A stretch of DNA of 64,000 bases from Octopus sinensis (Eukaryota). The position numbers and the translations under genes were made by a program. Location: NCBI RefSeq assembly GCF_006345805.1, contig NC_042999.1:150350001-150414000 (forward strand), written 5' to 3'. Below are positions 20,008 through 33,076 of the stretch, in pieces (within the stretch, counting starts at the first letter, position 1; each line of letters starts with the position of its first letter). The notes under the pieces are model-generated. The model was given only the letters and a program-made list of their open reading frames with translations, did not search any database and was not told the DNA's origin.

Positions 20008-21439
20008 GTGTGTATGTATGTACATGCTAGATGCTGCTCATCAAGACAAAACAGGACCACATCTTACATAAGTGTCATTTTGGGTTCATTTCTTGGCTTG
20101 TTTAATTTCTCATCTGCCATGAACATTCTGAATGTATTATTATTATTATTATTACTAATACTTTCGTTCCTCGTACCATCTCCTCAAATTAAACTTGCTT
20201 CCAGTTGCAGCTTATCTATTTAAAAATTCTTGTCCCATGTGCTCCCTTCCATTCCATTCTTTCACGTATTCTTGACCAATCGCCAAATAATGATTCATTG
20301 ATAAGTTAAGATTCTCTCATTTTTTTTCGATCTTTCATACATTCATTCACCATTAACATTTTAAATGTATTGTTTACTAGCAGCTAGTTTTCAGAAGCTA
20401 ACTAATTAAATTAAGACATTTACTCGTTTCTTGACTTGTTTAATTTCTCATTTCTTTGGTTTAATTTTTCATCTGTCATGAACACTGAATGTATATTACT
20501 ACTACCACTACCGTTCCTCATGCCATCTCCAAATTAAACTCTGTTCGCGGTGTGCCCGCCCTGTCCTGCTCCCACCACCAATACCAGATATATCGATCTT
20601 TATCTCTATCTCCTCACCGGCTACACTGGACATCTCTCTCTCTCCTCCCACCACCATTACCTGATGTCTCTTCTCTCAACCCCTCATTCTCCTCACTGGG
20701 CTGTTCTCTATATATTACCTGCACTCTCTCTCTCTCTCTCTCTCCTGGGACAAATGCAACTAGCTCAGTTGCCCACCTACTTATCGGCTTTTGTTTCATT
20801 TCATTTTGTCTAGAAATTTGTCACCGCCATTACCAAATGTCTCATCTCTCAGTCCCCTCTCCTCACTGGTGCCATTTTCTATATTACCTACACCTCTCTC
20901 TCCTTGGAAAAATGCAACTAGGTTAGCTGCCCACCTACTTAACTGACTATCTTTCATTTTGTTTCATTCCATCTAGAAATATGCCAACAACTACCCAGTA
21001 ATTTTCCATGCCCGTATCAAGTGAAGAGGACAGCTAATGGGCTGTACATATGTGCTTGTTCCTCTGTGTGTGTGCTTGTGTGTATGTATGGATGAGCTTG
21101 CTTCCTCTCTCTCTGTCTGAAACACCTCCCCTCGCTGGTGGTACCCTCCATCATACCTGCAATCCCCTCTCCTTGGACAAATGCAACCAGTTTAGCTGAC
21201 TCCCTACTTAATCTAACATTGGAATATCCATATTTGCAACAGCGCTTAAATTTGCATTTTTTTTTTCTTATGATGACCATAATGCTTATACCTACAATGC
21301 CCCGCTAACATCTACTCTTACCTCCAGTAGGGACAACAATCTTAATCTTAACACTCTTGAATGTTTGAATGATGTCAGGTCAAAAATGAGAACAGGTGAA
21401 GCATGCCTAAAAAACAAACACAATAACCTCCCTCTTTTT

Positions 21440-23360
21440 AGGTGCTGAATAACATCTCTCCTCCCCAAGCCTCACCCCACGTTCCTTTCCCAGTTTTCAG
21501 AGCTGGCACTGTCAATGTAGGCACACTGAAAGGTAGGTCTTGTGAGATTGTAGAGATGCTTGAAAGGAGATGTGTCAATGTATGCTGCATACAAGAGGTA
21601 AGATGGAGAGGAGCTTCAGCTAGGGTCCTCACAGGCAAGGCACATAGGTATAAAATCTGGTAAGGTAACAGGGATGGATAGGGGTGTAGGCATACTCCTT
21701 GCGAAGAAATAGGTAGATAAAGTCATAGAGGTTGTCAGGGTATGCAATAGAGTGCTTAAGTTCAGGCTAGTCCTGCAGAACAGCACAGCTAAAATTATCT
21801 CTGTCTATGCCCCATAAGTGGGCCTACCAAATGATCAGAAGGACCATTTTTATGATACCCTTCTACAGGCTACCTCAAAGATGAGTGACAATGACCTCAT
21901 CTTTGCAGCTGGAGATTTTAATGGGCATGTTGGGCAGCAATCTGATATCTGGCATACATGGGGGCCATGGTATTGGTTCCTGAAACGATGAAGGAGCTAG
22001 GCTACTGGAGTTCTGTGAATTCATGTAACCTTTTAATCTGCAACACTAACTTCAGGAAGCCAGCCACCTGATAACTTATCAATTAGTTGACTTTGCTAGC
22101 TAGTTTGATTTCATCCACACCAGACAGCAGGATGCAGAGTTGCTCTTAAATACAAAGACCCTCCCAGGTAAAGAATGTACTCCCCAGCATAGACTAGTCA
22201 TTAGTGACTTTAGGCTCGAGGCCAGAAGGATGCCAAGAAGCAGATCAATCCAGAAAAGGATTTGGAAGCTAAAGAACCCTTCATGTGGTCAGAGATTTAG
22301 GGACATCCTCATCAAGAAATTTGATGAGAGAGAGGAGGAGCTACAGATCTCGGATATAGAAGATAGCTGGAAATTCCTATAGGACAGCTTACTGAGTGCC
22401 ACAGACCAAGTCTGTGAATGGTGCAAAGTCCCTTCCAGACCTAGAGTAACGTGGTGGTGAAATAATATGGTAGACAAAGCCATTAGAGCAAAGAAACAGG
22501 CCTGGTAAACCTGGAAGGGTGGGGATAGCAGGCAACTGTACCAGATAGTGAGAAGGGAGGCTGGGCAACAGGTGTATATAACCAAGGGCAAAGCAGAAAA
22601 GAAGTTTGCCAATGTCCAGCAATATGAGGACCAAAGAACTGAAGTACAGTGTGTAAGAGAAAATTGTGATGTTACAGGAGAGAAATGTGTCCACATGGAT
22701 GATGGTGCACTTGCTTTTAGTGATTCGGAAAAGAAAGAGGCTTGGAGAAGCCATTATGAAAGACTGCTGAATGGGAGGAGGAGAGCCTGCCAAATGTTGA
22801 CCCAGTAGAGAGACCAGCTATCCGAATAGACAGCACCCTGGTAGATAAAGCAATTAAGGGTATGAAGCCAGGAAAAGCCCCCAGCCCATCAGGAATCACT
22901 GTTGAGATGCTTAAAACATCTGGTGGTGTGGGTTATGGCCTAGTCACCCGTATCGTAAACCAGGTAGTTCATGATGGAGTCATACCTAATGACTGGCATA
23001 GCAGCAGCATAGTCAACTGCTACAAGGGTAAAGGTGATGCTTTAGATAGAAATAACTACAGGGGTATCAAACTGCTAGATCAGGTGATGAAGGTCATAGC
23101 CCAACTAATTAGGGAGAGATTCTGCTTAGATGAGATGCAGTTCAGTTTTGTGCCAAGGTAGAAGCACCACTAATGCTATATTCTTAGTACAGCAACTGTA
23201 GGAGAAATACCTAGCCAAAGATAAACCCCTATACAGGGGCCAGAGGAGGCTGTAGAAGTACTGCAAGATCAGACTGGAGCCTGGAGCAGCTTCCTGGCTT
23301 CCCAGACCCGTCAAACCGTCCAACCCATGGCAGTATGGAAAACAGACATTAAACAATGAT
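21440..23360 (+). mobile_element. Degenerate RTE LINE with APE endonuclease N-terminus, internally deleted and joined to its 3' tail
   Basis: GTVNVGTLKGRS...CCIQEVRWRG, AGDFNGHVG and NYRGIKLLDQ; many stops and frameshifts; jumps from KDKPL to tail sequence at about 23235. Confidence 0.9.
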
Positions 23361-25524
23361 GATTTTCTATAACTGGCTGCCTTTCTAACACCAGCTACTT
23401 TATAGGCTGTACTAGGTACATTTTATGTGACACCTTTACTAGGGAGGTGCCAAATTCTTAAAAAGGCTAAAGGGTCCTTACACATTAAAAATGTATTACA
23501 TACACTCTTGACTGTTCACTCACCTACCTCTTTACAGCGTAAGAAACAAAGGATAAGACAGGGGCATGAATGATTGTTATACTCAACATTCTGAATGTAC
23601 AGTCAAGGTAATGTGATATTTAGAATAGGACAATATATATATACACACACAAACCATCATCCTATAATATAAATATTACCAACAAGCTCTTTGACATCTG
23701 ATGAGTAAGAAGGAACATTTTGAATTAGTGCTTCTCTCTATCATCATCATTTGATATCCATTTTCCCATGCTTGCATTGGGTTAGATAGAATTTGTTGAG
23801 GCAGACTTTCTTCAACTAGATACCCTTCCATCCTTACTGTTTCCAGGTGAGGTAAAAAATTTCCACATAGCTAGGCATTTTTTTTCATGGAAGACTAAAC
23901 AAACAACCTTCCTTTTATGACAATGACGCTCAGTTACAACCATCATGTGATGTCTAGACAAGTGTATACACACACACCCATGAATGTAAGCATATATATA
24001 TATATATGGATGTGTGTATGTCTCATCATCATTATTATTTAACATCCGCCTTCCATGCTGGCACGGGTGGGATGGTTTCACAAGAGCCAGCCTGCACCAG
24101 ACTTCTGTGACTGTTTTGGCAAGATTTTTACAGCTGGATGCCCTTCCTAACACCATCCACTCAGCAAAGTGGACTTAGTGCTTTTTATGTGGCACAAGCA
24201 CAGGCAAGGTCAGTTTTGGTAAGGTTTTTACAATTAGATGCCCTTCCAAACACCAACCACTTTACAATGTGGACTGGGTATTTTTAAATGGCACCTGTAC
24301 TGACAGGGTCACCAACTACTTTCAAAACAAAAGAAAAAAACCTTCCTAGAGAGAAGGAGGCATTGGTGGAGGTGATCTTGTGTTGGATGATGAAAGGTTA
24401 TAGTGAGACATATATATAAAGGCTTTTTTCAGTTTCTGTCTACCAAACTCACAAGGCTTTGATTGATGTAAGGCTGTAAGAGAAGACACTTGACCAACAT
24501 GCTACCCAGTAGGACTGAACCCAAGACCACTGGTTGGGAAGCAAGCTTCTTAACCAAACAACCATATCTGTGCCTAATTCTAAGTGTATATTAAAGACAC
24601 GTTTATGTGTGTATATAGAAAATCCAGTGATCTGTGTGGCATCATGGATGAGGACAGAAAGATTTTGTAAAGTGGTTTTAAAATCAATAATGTACACCTG
24701 ATACTGATAAAATAGAGATGTAAGTATGTATGACTGGATTAACAAAAGTTTTGGTTACAAAATCAGGCTGTCTTTGGTGAGTACCAAATACAGGCTGAAG
24801 TCACTGAAATAATGAGTGACTACGACTGAAATGTATAAGTACATAAAATATTCTTTTCTACTCCAGGCACAAGGGCCAAAATTTTTGGTAAGGGGGCCAA
24901 TCAACTAGATCGACCTCAGTATACAACTGGTATTTAATTTATCGACCCAGAAAGGATGAAAGGCAAAGTCGACCTCGGCGGAATTTGAACTCAGAACGTA
25001 AAGACAGACGAAATATTGCTTAGCATTTCGTCCGGCGAGCTAACATTTAAGTACATAAGATATTACAAGTTAGTTCTGAATAGGTCACTTTGTTCTACGT
25101 TGTCTTAGTTGTTGGGATAGGAGCATCTACTTAACCTCATGAAACTAGACCAAACAACCTACTTAAAAGGTAGTTTTTCGTCAAGTACAAACATATTGTT
25201 TTCAAATTTCCCAATAGTAATGCATCTGTGTATATATATATATATATATAATATAACATGAGAATATCAGGCTTTAATAGTAAATCATAACATTTGTTAC
25301 TCTGCTGCACACCAGGTTTAATTTGTTGAGTTCATATTCATATAACATTATACAAAATTATTTTTTATAGTTGAATATTTTTTCTGCAACTGCTATGTGT
25401 AGGCACTTTATCAAATAAAATACAATTAATTCCTGCTGGAATACTCAAGGCATAAACAAATAATGACATCGGAGCTCTCTCTGCATGTTGTGTGGGTTTT
25501 TTTATCCGAATTATACTACATGTC

Positions 25525-25556
<32 letters not shown>

Positions 25557-25928
25557 CACACACACATACACACCCACGACCATGCTAATAGCTTAGGAGT
25601 GAAATTTAGGATTTCTCAGTTTTCTGTGAATCAATTTTGATAAAAATTTTCCCAGCTGGTTTGCACACCATGGCAACACCATTGTTATGTTTTCGTTATT
25701 TTGTGTAATGTCCTTGCTTTTTATTTTGAATTCTTCAGTTTTGGGATGAACCATGCTAATAGCTTTTGAATGAAAATAGCCCATCTAGACATTTTTTTCT
25801 TTTTCAGAAAATAAAGTATAATGATATATATTAAGCATACATTGAGTATATATTTAACAGAAAACCATAATAATATTAAGCAATAATAAATCTTAGAGTG
25901 AGTTATAAACAGTAGCTGCAACACATCG

Positions 25929-26109
25929 TGACGTATATTTGCCATTTAAATATGGCTAACCCCTAAGGGTGGATGCTACTGTAGTTTGTAGCCTCAGGGC
26001 ACAGAAAGTGTGTCTAAAGCCAACTGGAGGAGGTGTCCTCCTCGGGCTACAAACTGCAGTAGCATCCACCCTTAGGGGTTAGCCATATTTAAATGGCAAA
26101 TATACGTCA
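25929..26109. repeat. 181-bp foldback: 65-bp inverted arms with one mismatch
   Basis: Arms 25929-25993 and 26045-26109 are reverse complements except ctgTag/ctgCag. Confidence 0.95.
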
Positions 26110-26155
26110 TAATAATATTATAACATTTATTTACATAATGAATTATTTAGCTACA

Positions 26156-26560
26156 TGAGTGCCAAGGAAGAAAAGATCCAATTGTGGGACCTCCAAGACT
26201 GTGACAACTAGGGATTTAAGGAATATTGGACGCAAGTTATGTGGGAAACCTGGACAAACAAACAAACCGATTTTCACTGCTTCCAGACTTCCTCATGTAC
26301 CAAAAACCACCAGAAATCGCATTTTCAGGACCATGGCTTCTGTGCAAGAACCCCTGAAACTGCCTCTTCACAGGAATTTGAGGCTTTAATGGGCCCAAAA
26401 GTACATGATGTTAGACATGAGTTGTGTTCAGGGTACTCATGTCTGTGGAGTGCTTAGTCCCTTGCACATTAATTTCAAGAGCAGGTTGATTGAGTTAACT
26501 GGAAGATTCGTCATAATTGACGGAGTACCTGGCAGACACCAATGGATCTGAAATGATCAC
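26156..26560 (+). mobile_element. Tc1/mariner transposase remnant
   Basis: PRKKRSNCG...TTRDLRNI...KTTRNRIF...HRNLRL*WAQKYM resembles the Tc1 DNA-binding region leading into the DDE domain. Confidence 0.5.
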
Positions 26561-26694
26561 ATTTTATTGTTAATCTGGACCCTAAGTGACCACTCTATTT
26601 CCATCTTGATCTGTTGTACCTCTCTTTCTGCTTATATTCATAAACATTATCTAGACTATATTTAATCCAGCAACTCCACATCAATTGATCAGAC

Positions 26695-27766
26695 TTTCAT
26701 TTCATTTCATTTCATTTGGGTTTGAGTCCATGCTCAGGCCAAGTCGAAGACTCCACCCTCAGAGTCTGGTGTGGTTGCCAGGTTGTATTCTCTGCTTAAA
26801 TTTGACATGTGTAGGAGCGAGTTTGAGTCAGTTTGTGCTCGTTGTGTATATCCTGGGAGATGGGGTTCATCTCTAATGGTGCTTAAGTATCTATCCAGTT
26901 GCAATTGAATGATTCCACACTGCATCCTGATAGATTCTGACATGTACCAGAATGGAGTTGAACAGTTGTGCTCCTCGAACCAACAGACTTGATTCTCGCA
27001 GGGTTTTTGCTGCCTGGCCAGCCTTTTTGTTGATTGGTGGCAGCTGGCAGCGTCTTCCGTGGCGCAGTGAGTGGTAGGTTTTGATACCAAAGTTTGGCAG
27101 CTTCTGCTCTATCATTTTCCAAATGTATATAATTCGGTATCGCTCAAATCTTCTTTCTATTGAGTACATCCTCAAGGTTTTGAGTCTTTGCCAATAGTCC
27201 AGGTCCCTCGTTTCTGAGAAGTATGAGGTAAAATTTCTTTGGAGCGATTCTATCTTAGATAGTTGGCCTTTGTTGTTGGTGACCACAACTGAGAACAGTA
27301 GTCAATCCTCGGAAGTATCATACTGTTCCAGAGGGTTTTCATTGTTGAGGTATCTCTTGATTTGAAGGTGCGCAAGATCCACCCGCTGTACTTTCTTGCA
27401 GTAAGACAGACTGAGTCAAGGTGTTCTCTGAATTTTAGGTTGGTTCCCATGTGGATGCCTAAATCTTTCACATACTGTTTTTCCATTATTTGTTGTCCTG
27501 ATGGGTTTCTGTAGTTTGTTGTATTTTTCAGATCTTGATCTGTTCCGTAGCGAATTAGTTCAAACTTCTTATCATTGAACAACATGTTGTTTGTTTCCTG
27601 CCATTTATATATGGTGGTCAGGTCCTTTTGTAAGGCCTCTGTATCCACCTCGTCTTTGATTTGTCTCATGACCCTGGTGTCATCAGCAAAGGATGAGACG
27701 TTGCTGGTTGTATCTTCATCTATGTCAGAGATGAGGATGAGAAACAGGATTGGGCCGAGTACTGTA
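26695..27766 (-). mobile_element. 5'-truncated CR1/L2-group LINE (RT and C-terminus) with (AAATG)n tail
   Basis: TVLGPILFLILISDI...SSFADDTRV...NMLFNDKKF...KDLGI...PRIDYCSQLWSP...LRMYSIERRFERY; one frameshift; possible 6-bp TSD AGACTT at 26691-26696 and 27766-27771. Confidence 0.9.
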
Positions 27767-28660
27767 GACTTGAGTAAACAAATTGATTAAAACCTATTTG
27801 TATTTGTTACAAACATTGCCATAGAAAGTCCTGATATTTAATCTTCAATGTGAAAGGCTAATAGGTACATAACATTATGTACTATCTTCATTAGAAAATG
27901 AACTCTTAAATTCAACCAATGAAATTGTAGACATTATATGCCATGGGTATATAGATGTGTGATGGTAGTGTGCATGAATAATGGAGCATAAATGAGCTGA
28001 GAGAAAAGCTGTGTTTCTATTCAATTCACTTGGAAGCAAACACATGGTTGTCACCACTCCTACTCTCTCTCTCTCTCTCCTATTACTCCTTTTATCACAC
28101 TCTTACTCTCCCAGTACACTATCTTTTCTATAATCTTTCTCTAGTGTTCCTGTCAGCTTTCTGTTCATCTTCTCAGGCACATTGTTTGAACAAATGGAGA
28201 CAACATAGAATGGTGAGAGGTACTTTTTTTGTCATGCAGGTTACAAAGCAACTTCCCTGGTACTGATGCTTCATCAAGATACACCCGGTACACCCTGTAA
28301 AGTGGTTGACACCCACAAAGCATCCATCTATAGAAAGCACACCAAATTAATAACATACAAATGAGATGTGATCCTCGAACTGTCCCAAAAAGCAGTAATG
28401 AACTAATGTTTATATAAATATCATCATCATCGCCATTTTGACATCTTTTCCATGCTTGCATGGGTTAGAGTATATTGAAGCAGAAGGACACTTTTCCTGT
28501 CACCAACCCTAACCCTTACCTGTCTCCGAGCAAGGTAATAATTTCCTATGGCCACACATGTTCTTGCAGAATATTGGAAATAAATGCCACTGCTTCTATG
28601 ATACTGACAACCATTTTGCAACTATCATACAATGACGAGTTTACACAATTGCACACCCTC

Positions 28661-28661
28661 C

Positions 28662-28718
<57 letters not shown>

Positions 28719-28827
28719 CACATATATATATGAGTATATATATATATATATATATATATGAATATATATGTATATATATATATATATATTATATATATAT
28801 ATATATATATATGAATATATATGTATA

Positions 28828-28870
<43 letters not shown>
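28661..28870. repeat. Compound (TA)n/(CA)n microsatellite
   Basis: Seen directly in sequence. Confidence 0.95.
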
Positions 28871-28874
<4 letters not shown>

Positions 28875-28884
28875 TTTACTAGAA

Positions 28885-29175
28885 AGTTACCCTCCCAGGC
28901 ACAAGTCTGGGCAAGGTTGTTTATGGAAGATCAGCAGTGACCTGTGCATACCAGCCTCCCCTCTCCACGCCACCAGTGTTATCCAAGGGAAAGGCAACCA
29001 CAGATACAGCTTGGCACCTGTGATGTCGCAACTCATTTCTACAGCTGAGTGAACTGGAGCAATGTGAAATAAAGTGTCTTGCTCAAGAACACAACATGCA
29101 GCCTGGTCCAGGATTCGAACTCACAACCTCATGATCATAAGCTCAACGCTCTAACCACTGAGCCATGTACCTTCA
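28885..29175 (-). mobile_element. tRNA-head SINE family D with CORE-like central domain
   Basis: Minus strand TGGCTCAGTGGTTAGAGC ... GAGTTCGAATCC ... TCTTGAGCAAGACACTTTATTTCAC. Other copies at 53320-53450(-) and 59740-60010(-). Confidence 0.75.
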
Positions 29176-29202
29176 CTCTCTCTCTCTCTCTATATATATA
29201 TG

Positions 29203-29259
<57 letters not shown>

Positions 29260-30479
29260 CTGGCATGTATAATAGAATCTCGGGCTCCTGTTGGACAAAG
29301 TTGACCATGCATCTGCATATATGAGTGCAAGACTAGGTTGTTGTTTTTTCAGAAAGACTGGCATTTACTCTCATTCTGCTCTTCATACAACTGATGTTTA
29401 CCCAAAGGAAAGATTGCTGGCTTAGGCTAATAAAGCTTGACACTAGAACCATCACAAGCTTTGGTGTCAGAGCACACCAGAGCTTGACACCATGAGTGAT
29501 TTTGCTTGACCCTCTAACAGTTTTGCCAATCCACTGTCCTGGTCTGATATTTGTAAATTTGAATTCAAGAGTATAGAGTTAGAACAAATATCTCAAAGCT
29601 TACTATCTAATGCTCTTAGTTGTCAATTCCATTGATAGAACAACAACAACAATGACAGCTGCCACCACCATCTAATGTCCGTTTTCCATGCTGGTATGGC
29701 TTGGATGGTTTGACAGAAGCTGGTAAGGCCAGGGGCTGCACCAGGCTCCATTGTCTGTTTCATTATGTGTTTTTACAGCTGGATCCCCATCGTAACACCA
29801 AGCACTTTACAGAGTGTACTGGGTACTTCTTATGTGGTATCATCATCATTTAATATCTGTCTTCTGTGCTGGTATTGAATGGACAGTTCAAGATCTAAAA
29901 AGCTGGAGAACTATGTCAAGATCCAATGTCTGTTTTGGCATAGTTTCTATGGTTCAGCACCCTTCCTAATGTCATAGTGTACTGGGTTATGTTTGTCCAT
30001 GGCACCAGCATTAGTGAGGTCACCAAGTAACTAGCAAAACAAAGAAAAGGCCTCCTCAATTGAGAGGGAGTGTAGCAGAGAGAAAGGGGGCTTTATGCCA
30101 TTCATTCAATATCCATTTTCCTGTGCTAACATGGCTTTGGTGGGAAGTGATTTCAAGGCCAGACTTTACAGCTGGATATTCTTCTTATTGACTGTTTTTT
30201 AGGTATGGGGTTTTTATATCCTATGGGTCTTCAAAAGTACAGGGCAACTGATTGTAATGCCAACAGGGAGAATGAACCTCAGACCAACTTTGCTCAAATG
30301 GCAACAAGCAAAATATGAACATTCATGTACATTGGCACACAAACACACACACACAGAGTTTCTGTCTACCAAATTAATTCCCAAGGCATGAGTTAGCCCA
30401 GGGCAACAGCATATCTCCCAATGATTGAAGAGTGCTTTTAATGGGTCAGTTATGTGACACTGGCATTGGCCACGACTAC

Positions 30480-30830
30480 GATCTCACTTGGCTTGATGGA
30501 AAATTCTCAACCACGGTATAACACTGAAGGTCTTGATCACTTGTCATTGTCTCTGTGGGGCCCAACACCTGAAGATTGTGCTTCACCACCTTGTCCCATG
30601 TCTTCCAAGGTCTACCTCTTCCACAGGTTCCCTTCACCTATAGAGTGTGACACTTCTTCACATAACTGTCCTATCCATATGCATCACATGATCATACCAG
30701 CACAGTCATCTCTCTTGAACACCACATCTGATGCATCATTGGTCTCTGTTGCACATCACATCTGCTGTTTCTTATGTCCAACTTTTCTCTCAAGACACTT
30801 ACACTTTGTCATGCAGGCACACATCCAACA
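30480..30830 (-). mobile_element. RTE C-terminal fragment
   Basis: Reverse-complement homology to 44900-45230. Confidence 0.75.
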
Positions 30831-32803
30831 ATAAGCACTCTTATGCAGATGATGCTACCCTTCTTTTTTCATAATCATTCTTAGCTGTACAGCATCTATA
30901 TGCAACCTATAGCCGTGCAGCAAACCAGCCCTCGTTCTTTGAACAATGATGTTGAAAGCAGCACATGCTAAACCTGCTCTGATTCCATAAACACAGACCT
31001 CAAAAGCATCTTTTAGTGGATCCATGTTAATCTCGTCTCTTTTATCATCAGAAAAGTAGATGCATCACTCATATAAAAAAAAAAGACATCTTTGTACCTT
31101 AATCCTTTTAAATATGAGCTGTACACAACTGAAGCACTTACAGATGTTAGGCCTCACTATCACTGAGAGACTCTCCTGGCAAAAAAGTGACATTAACATA
31201 GATAGGAACACATCCCAAAGACTGTTCCTTTCTGTAGGGCCAGAAAATACTTTAGTCCCCAACAGTCTATGAAATTCAAGATCTGCAATGGAGTCTTACT
31301 TGCCCCAACATCTGAAACAGTGGTGCTGCGAAGTACAGAGATCTTGGGCAAAATCCAGAGGAAGGCATAAAATCACCTGCACACACAAACACATTCCAGT
31401 CTCTTGGCCCACATGTGCTGTCTCCTCTCTCTCTGCCTTCTCTACTGCTATGACCCTTGCTTCTCAGAGCTGACTGCTTTCTTGCTGCATTCACTCAAGC
31501 ACTTTCAACTGACTTGTCTCTCCTCCAATCATCACCCATATTGTGGCCAACCCCACAAGCTATGCACTAACAAATCCTTTCTTTCCAGAATGCTGGCCCT
31601 CTGGAGCTATGATTCTCAATCTTTTTAATATCCAAACCAAATCAAAAATCTGAATTTTGTTTAGGGGACTACACCACAAAACGTAAAACAGGTCAATTAA
31701 AGAAAAATTTATTATATTTATAAAGTGACGACCATTGCGGTTGCTGGAAGGATGCTTGAAGGTTACATGTGGCTGTGGGAATCACGGTTGAGAAACTATT
31801 GCTCTAGAATCTCCTCCTTGCTTATGACTTTTCTGGCTTTCAACAGTTCCAGTAAGACATTAACAGTATCATCTCACCAGTGTCAACAAATAAAAAAAAA
31901 AGCATAGTGTATTGGCATTATCCAGTTTCCAAGCCAATAAGATGTAATTTCAAACAGATTTGACTGCTATTTCTGATAGGTTGAGTGACTTCCTTGTTGG
32001 TTCATGGCTGGGTGTTATAGGAAGAGGCAGTGATGTCAGATTTAAGGATTTAGGAATTCACATAACTGGTGGCACATGATCCTCAAGAGCAAAGGTGGTA
32101 AGGAGCTCTCAAGAAGGGCTTCATAGAAGAAACCCTCCTCAGGCAAGTGTTTTGGTCCTTAACTTTTTACAGTCGAAGGAGGCTAGGTCACATCCAAGTC
32201 ACGACTCCTAAGTGCTTTCTGTTGACACTTTTTAGCCATTTAGATTATCAGAGACTTGTGCATTTAAACTACCTGGAGATTTCATCCAGTTGTAACTCCT
32301 CTCCATTGACTCAGCTTTCAAACTTATAGATCATTAGTTGTCATGGTAACAGTGAAACGTCAATGCTATCACAATGAATCCTCAAGTGCAATGCTTTACT
32401 TCACTGCTGATCCATCAAACATAAACAGCGTAAAAAACAGGCTTTAACCTTTTCCACTTGAGACTGCCCCTGGTCCTGAGAAACAAACTTATTGTTTAAA
32501 TTAAAATCTTCCATCAAAATGTCACGTTAATTTATGTTCCAAATACCAGCTTACGAATGACAAAATTATTTTACTAAGTTCTTCTTTCTTTTCAAAATTA
32601 TTTGAAACAATGGCAGTGCATTTCAATAGAAACTCGGAAACAAAAAGATTACAGTGATGATACTCCGAGGATAATAAATCGACAGAATTATTTTTCCGGG
32701 TGCATATCGAAATTGGATCAACTGTACCAAGAGCTCATCATAACAGTAATATACTGTATTATTCTTCTCAACAAAAATTCATCATCATCATCATCATTTA
32801 ATG

Positions 32804-33076
32804 CAGTGGTTCCCAAACTTTTGCAGGCTGCTGCCCCCTTGACACCTAGGCCACATTCCTAGCACCCCCACCCCCAACTAACCTTCAAAAACATAGACCT
32901 CTTTCTGAAGCAAATTCAAAGCAACTGTATTTCACAAATAAAACATAACCTAATGAACCCATTATTTTGTTGCTTTTACATGAATTGCCACTCCATCACC
33001 CCACTTTTCTTCAATGCCCCCTTGGAGCTTTCCACTGCCCCCAAGGGAGCAAAACTGCCCACTTTGGGAACCACTG
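32804..33076. mobile_element. hAT (Charlie-like) MITE
   Basis: Perfect 14-bp TIR CAGTGGTTCCCAAA; 8-bp TSD ATTTAATG/ATTTAACG. Confidence 0.88.

Noticed and set aside
23211-23235. Two RTE copies (here and at 62041-62070) both break at KDKPL
   Set aside because: Only two cases with unrelated junction sequences; compatible with chance
28885-29175. tRNA gene-like A/B boxes (also 58644-58670 and other SINE heads)
   Set aside because: No cloverleaf or acceptor stem; they continue into SINE bodies
31000-31630. Coding-looking minus-strand stretch with CFRCWGK
   Set aside because: Multiple stops in all frames and no family recognisable by eye; a BLASTX would be needed
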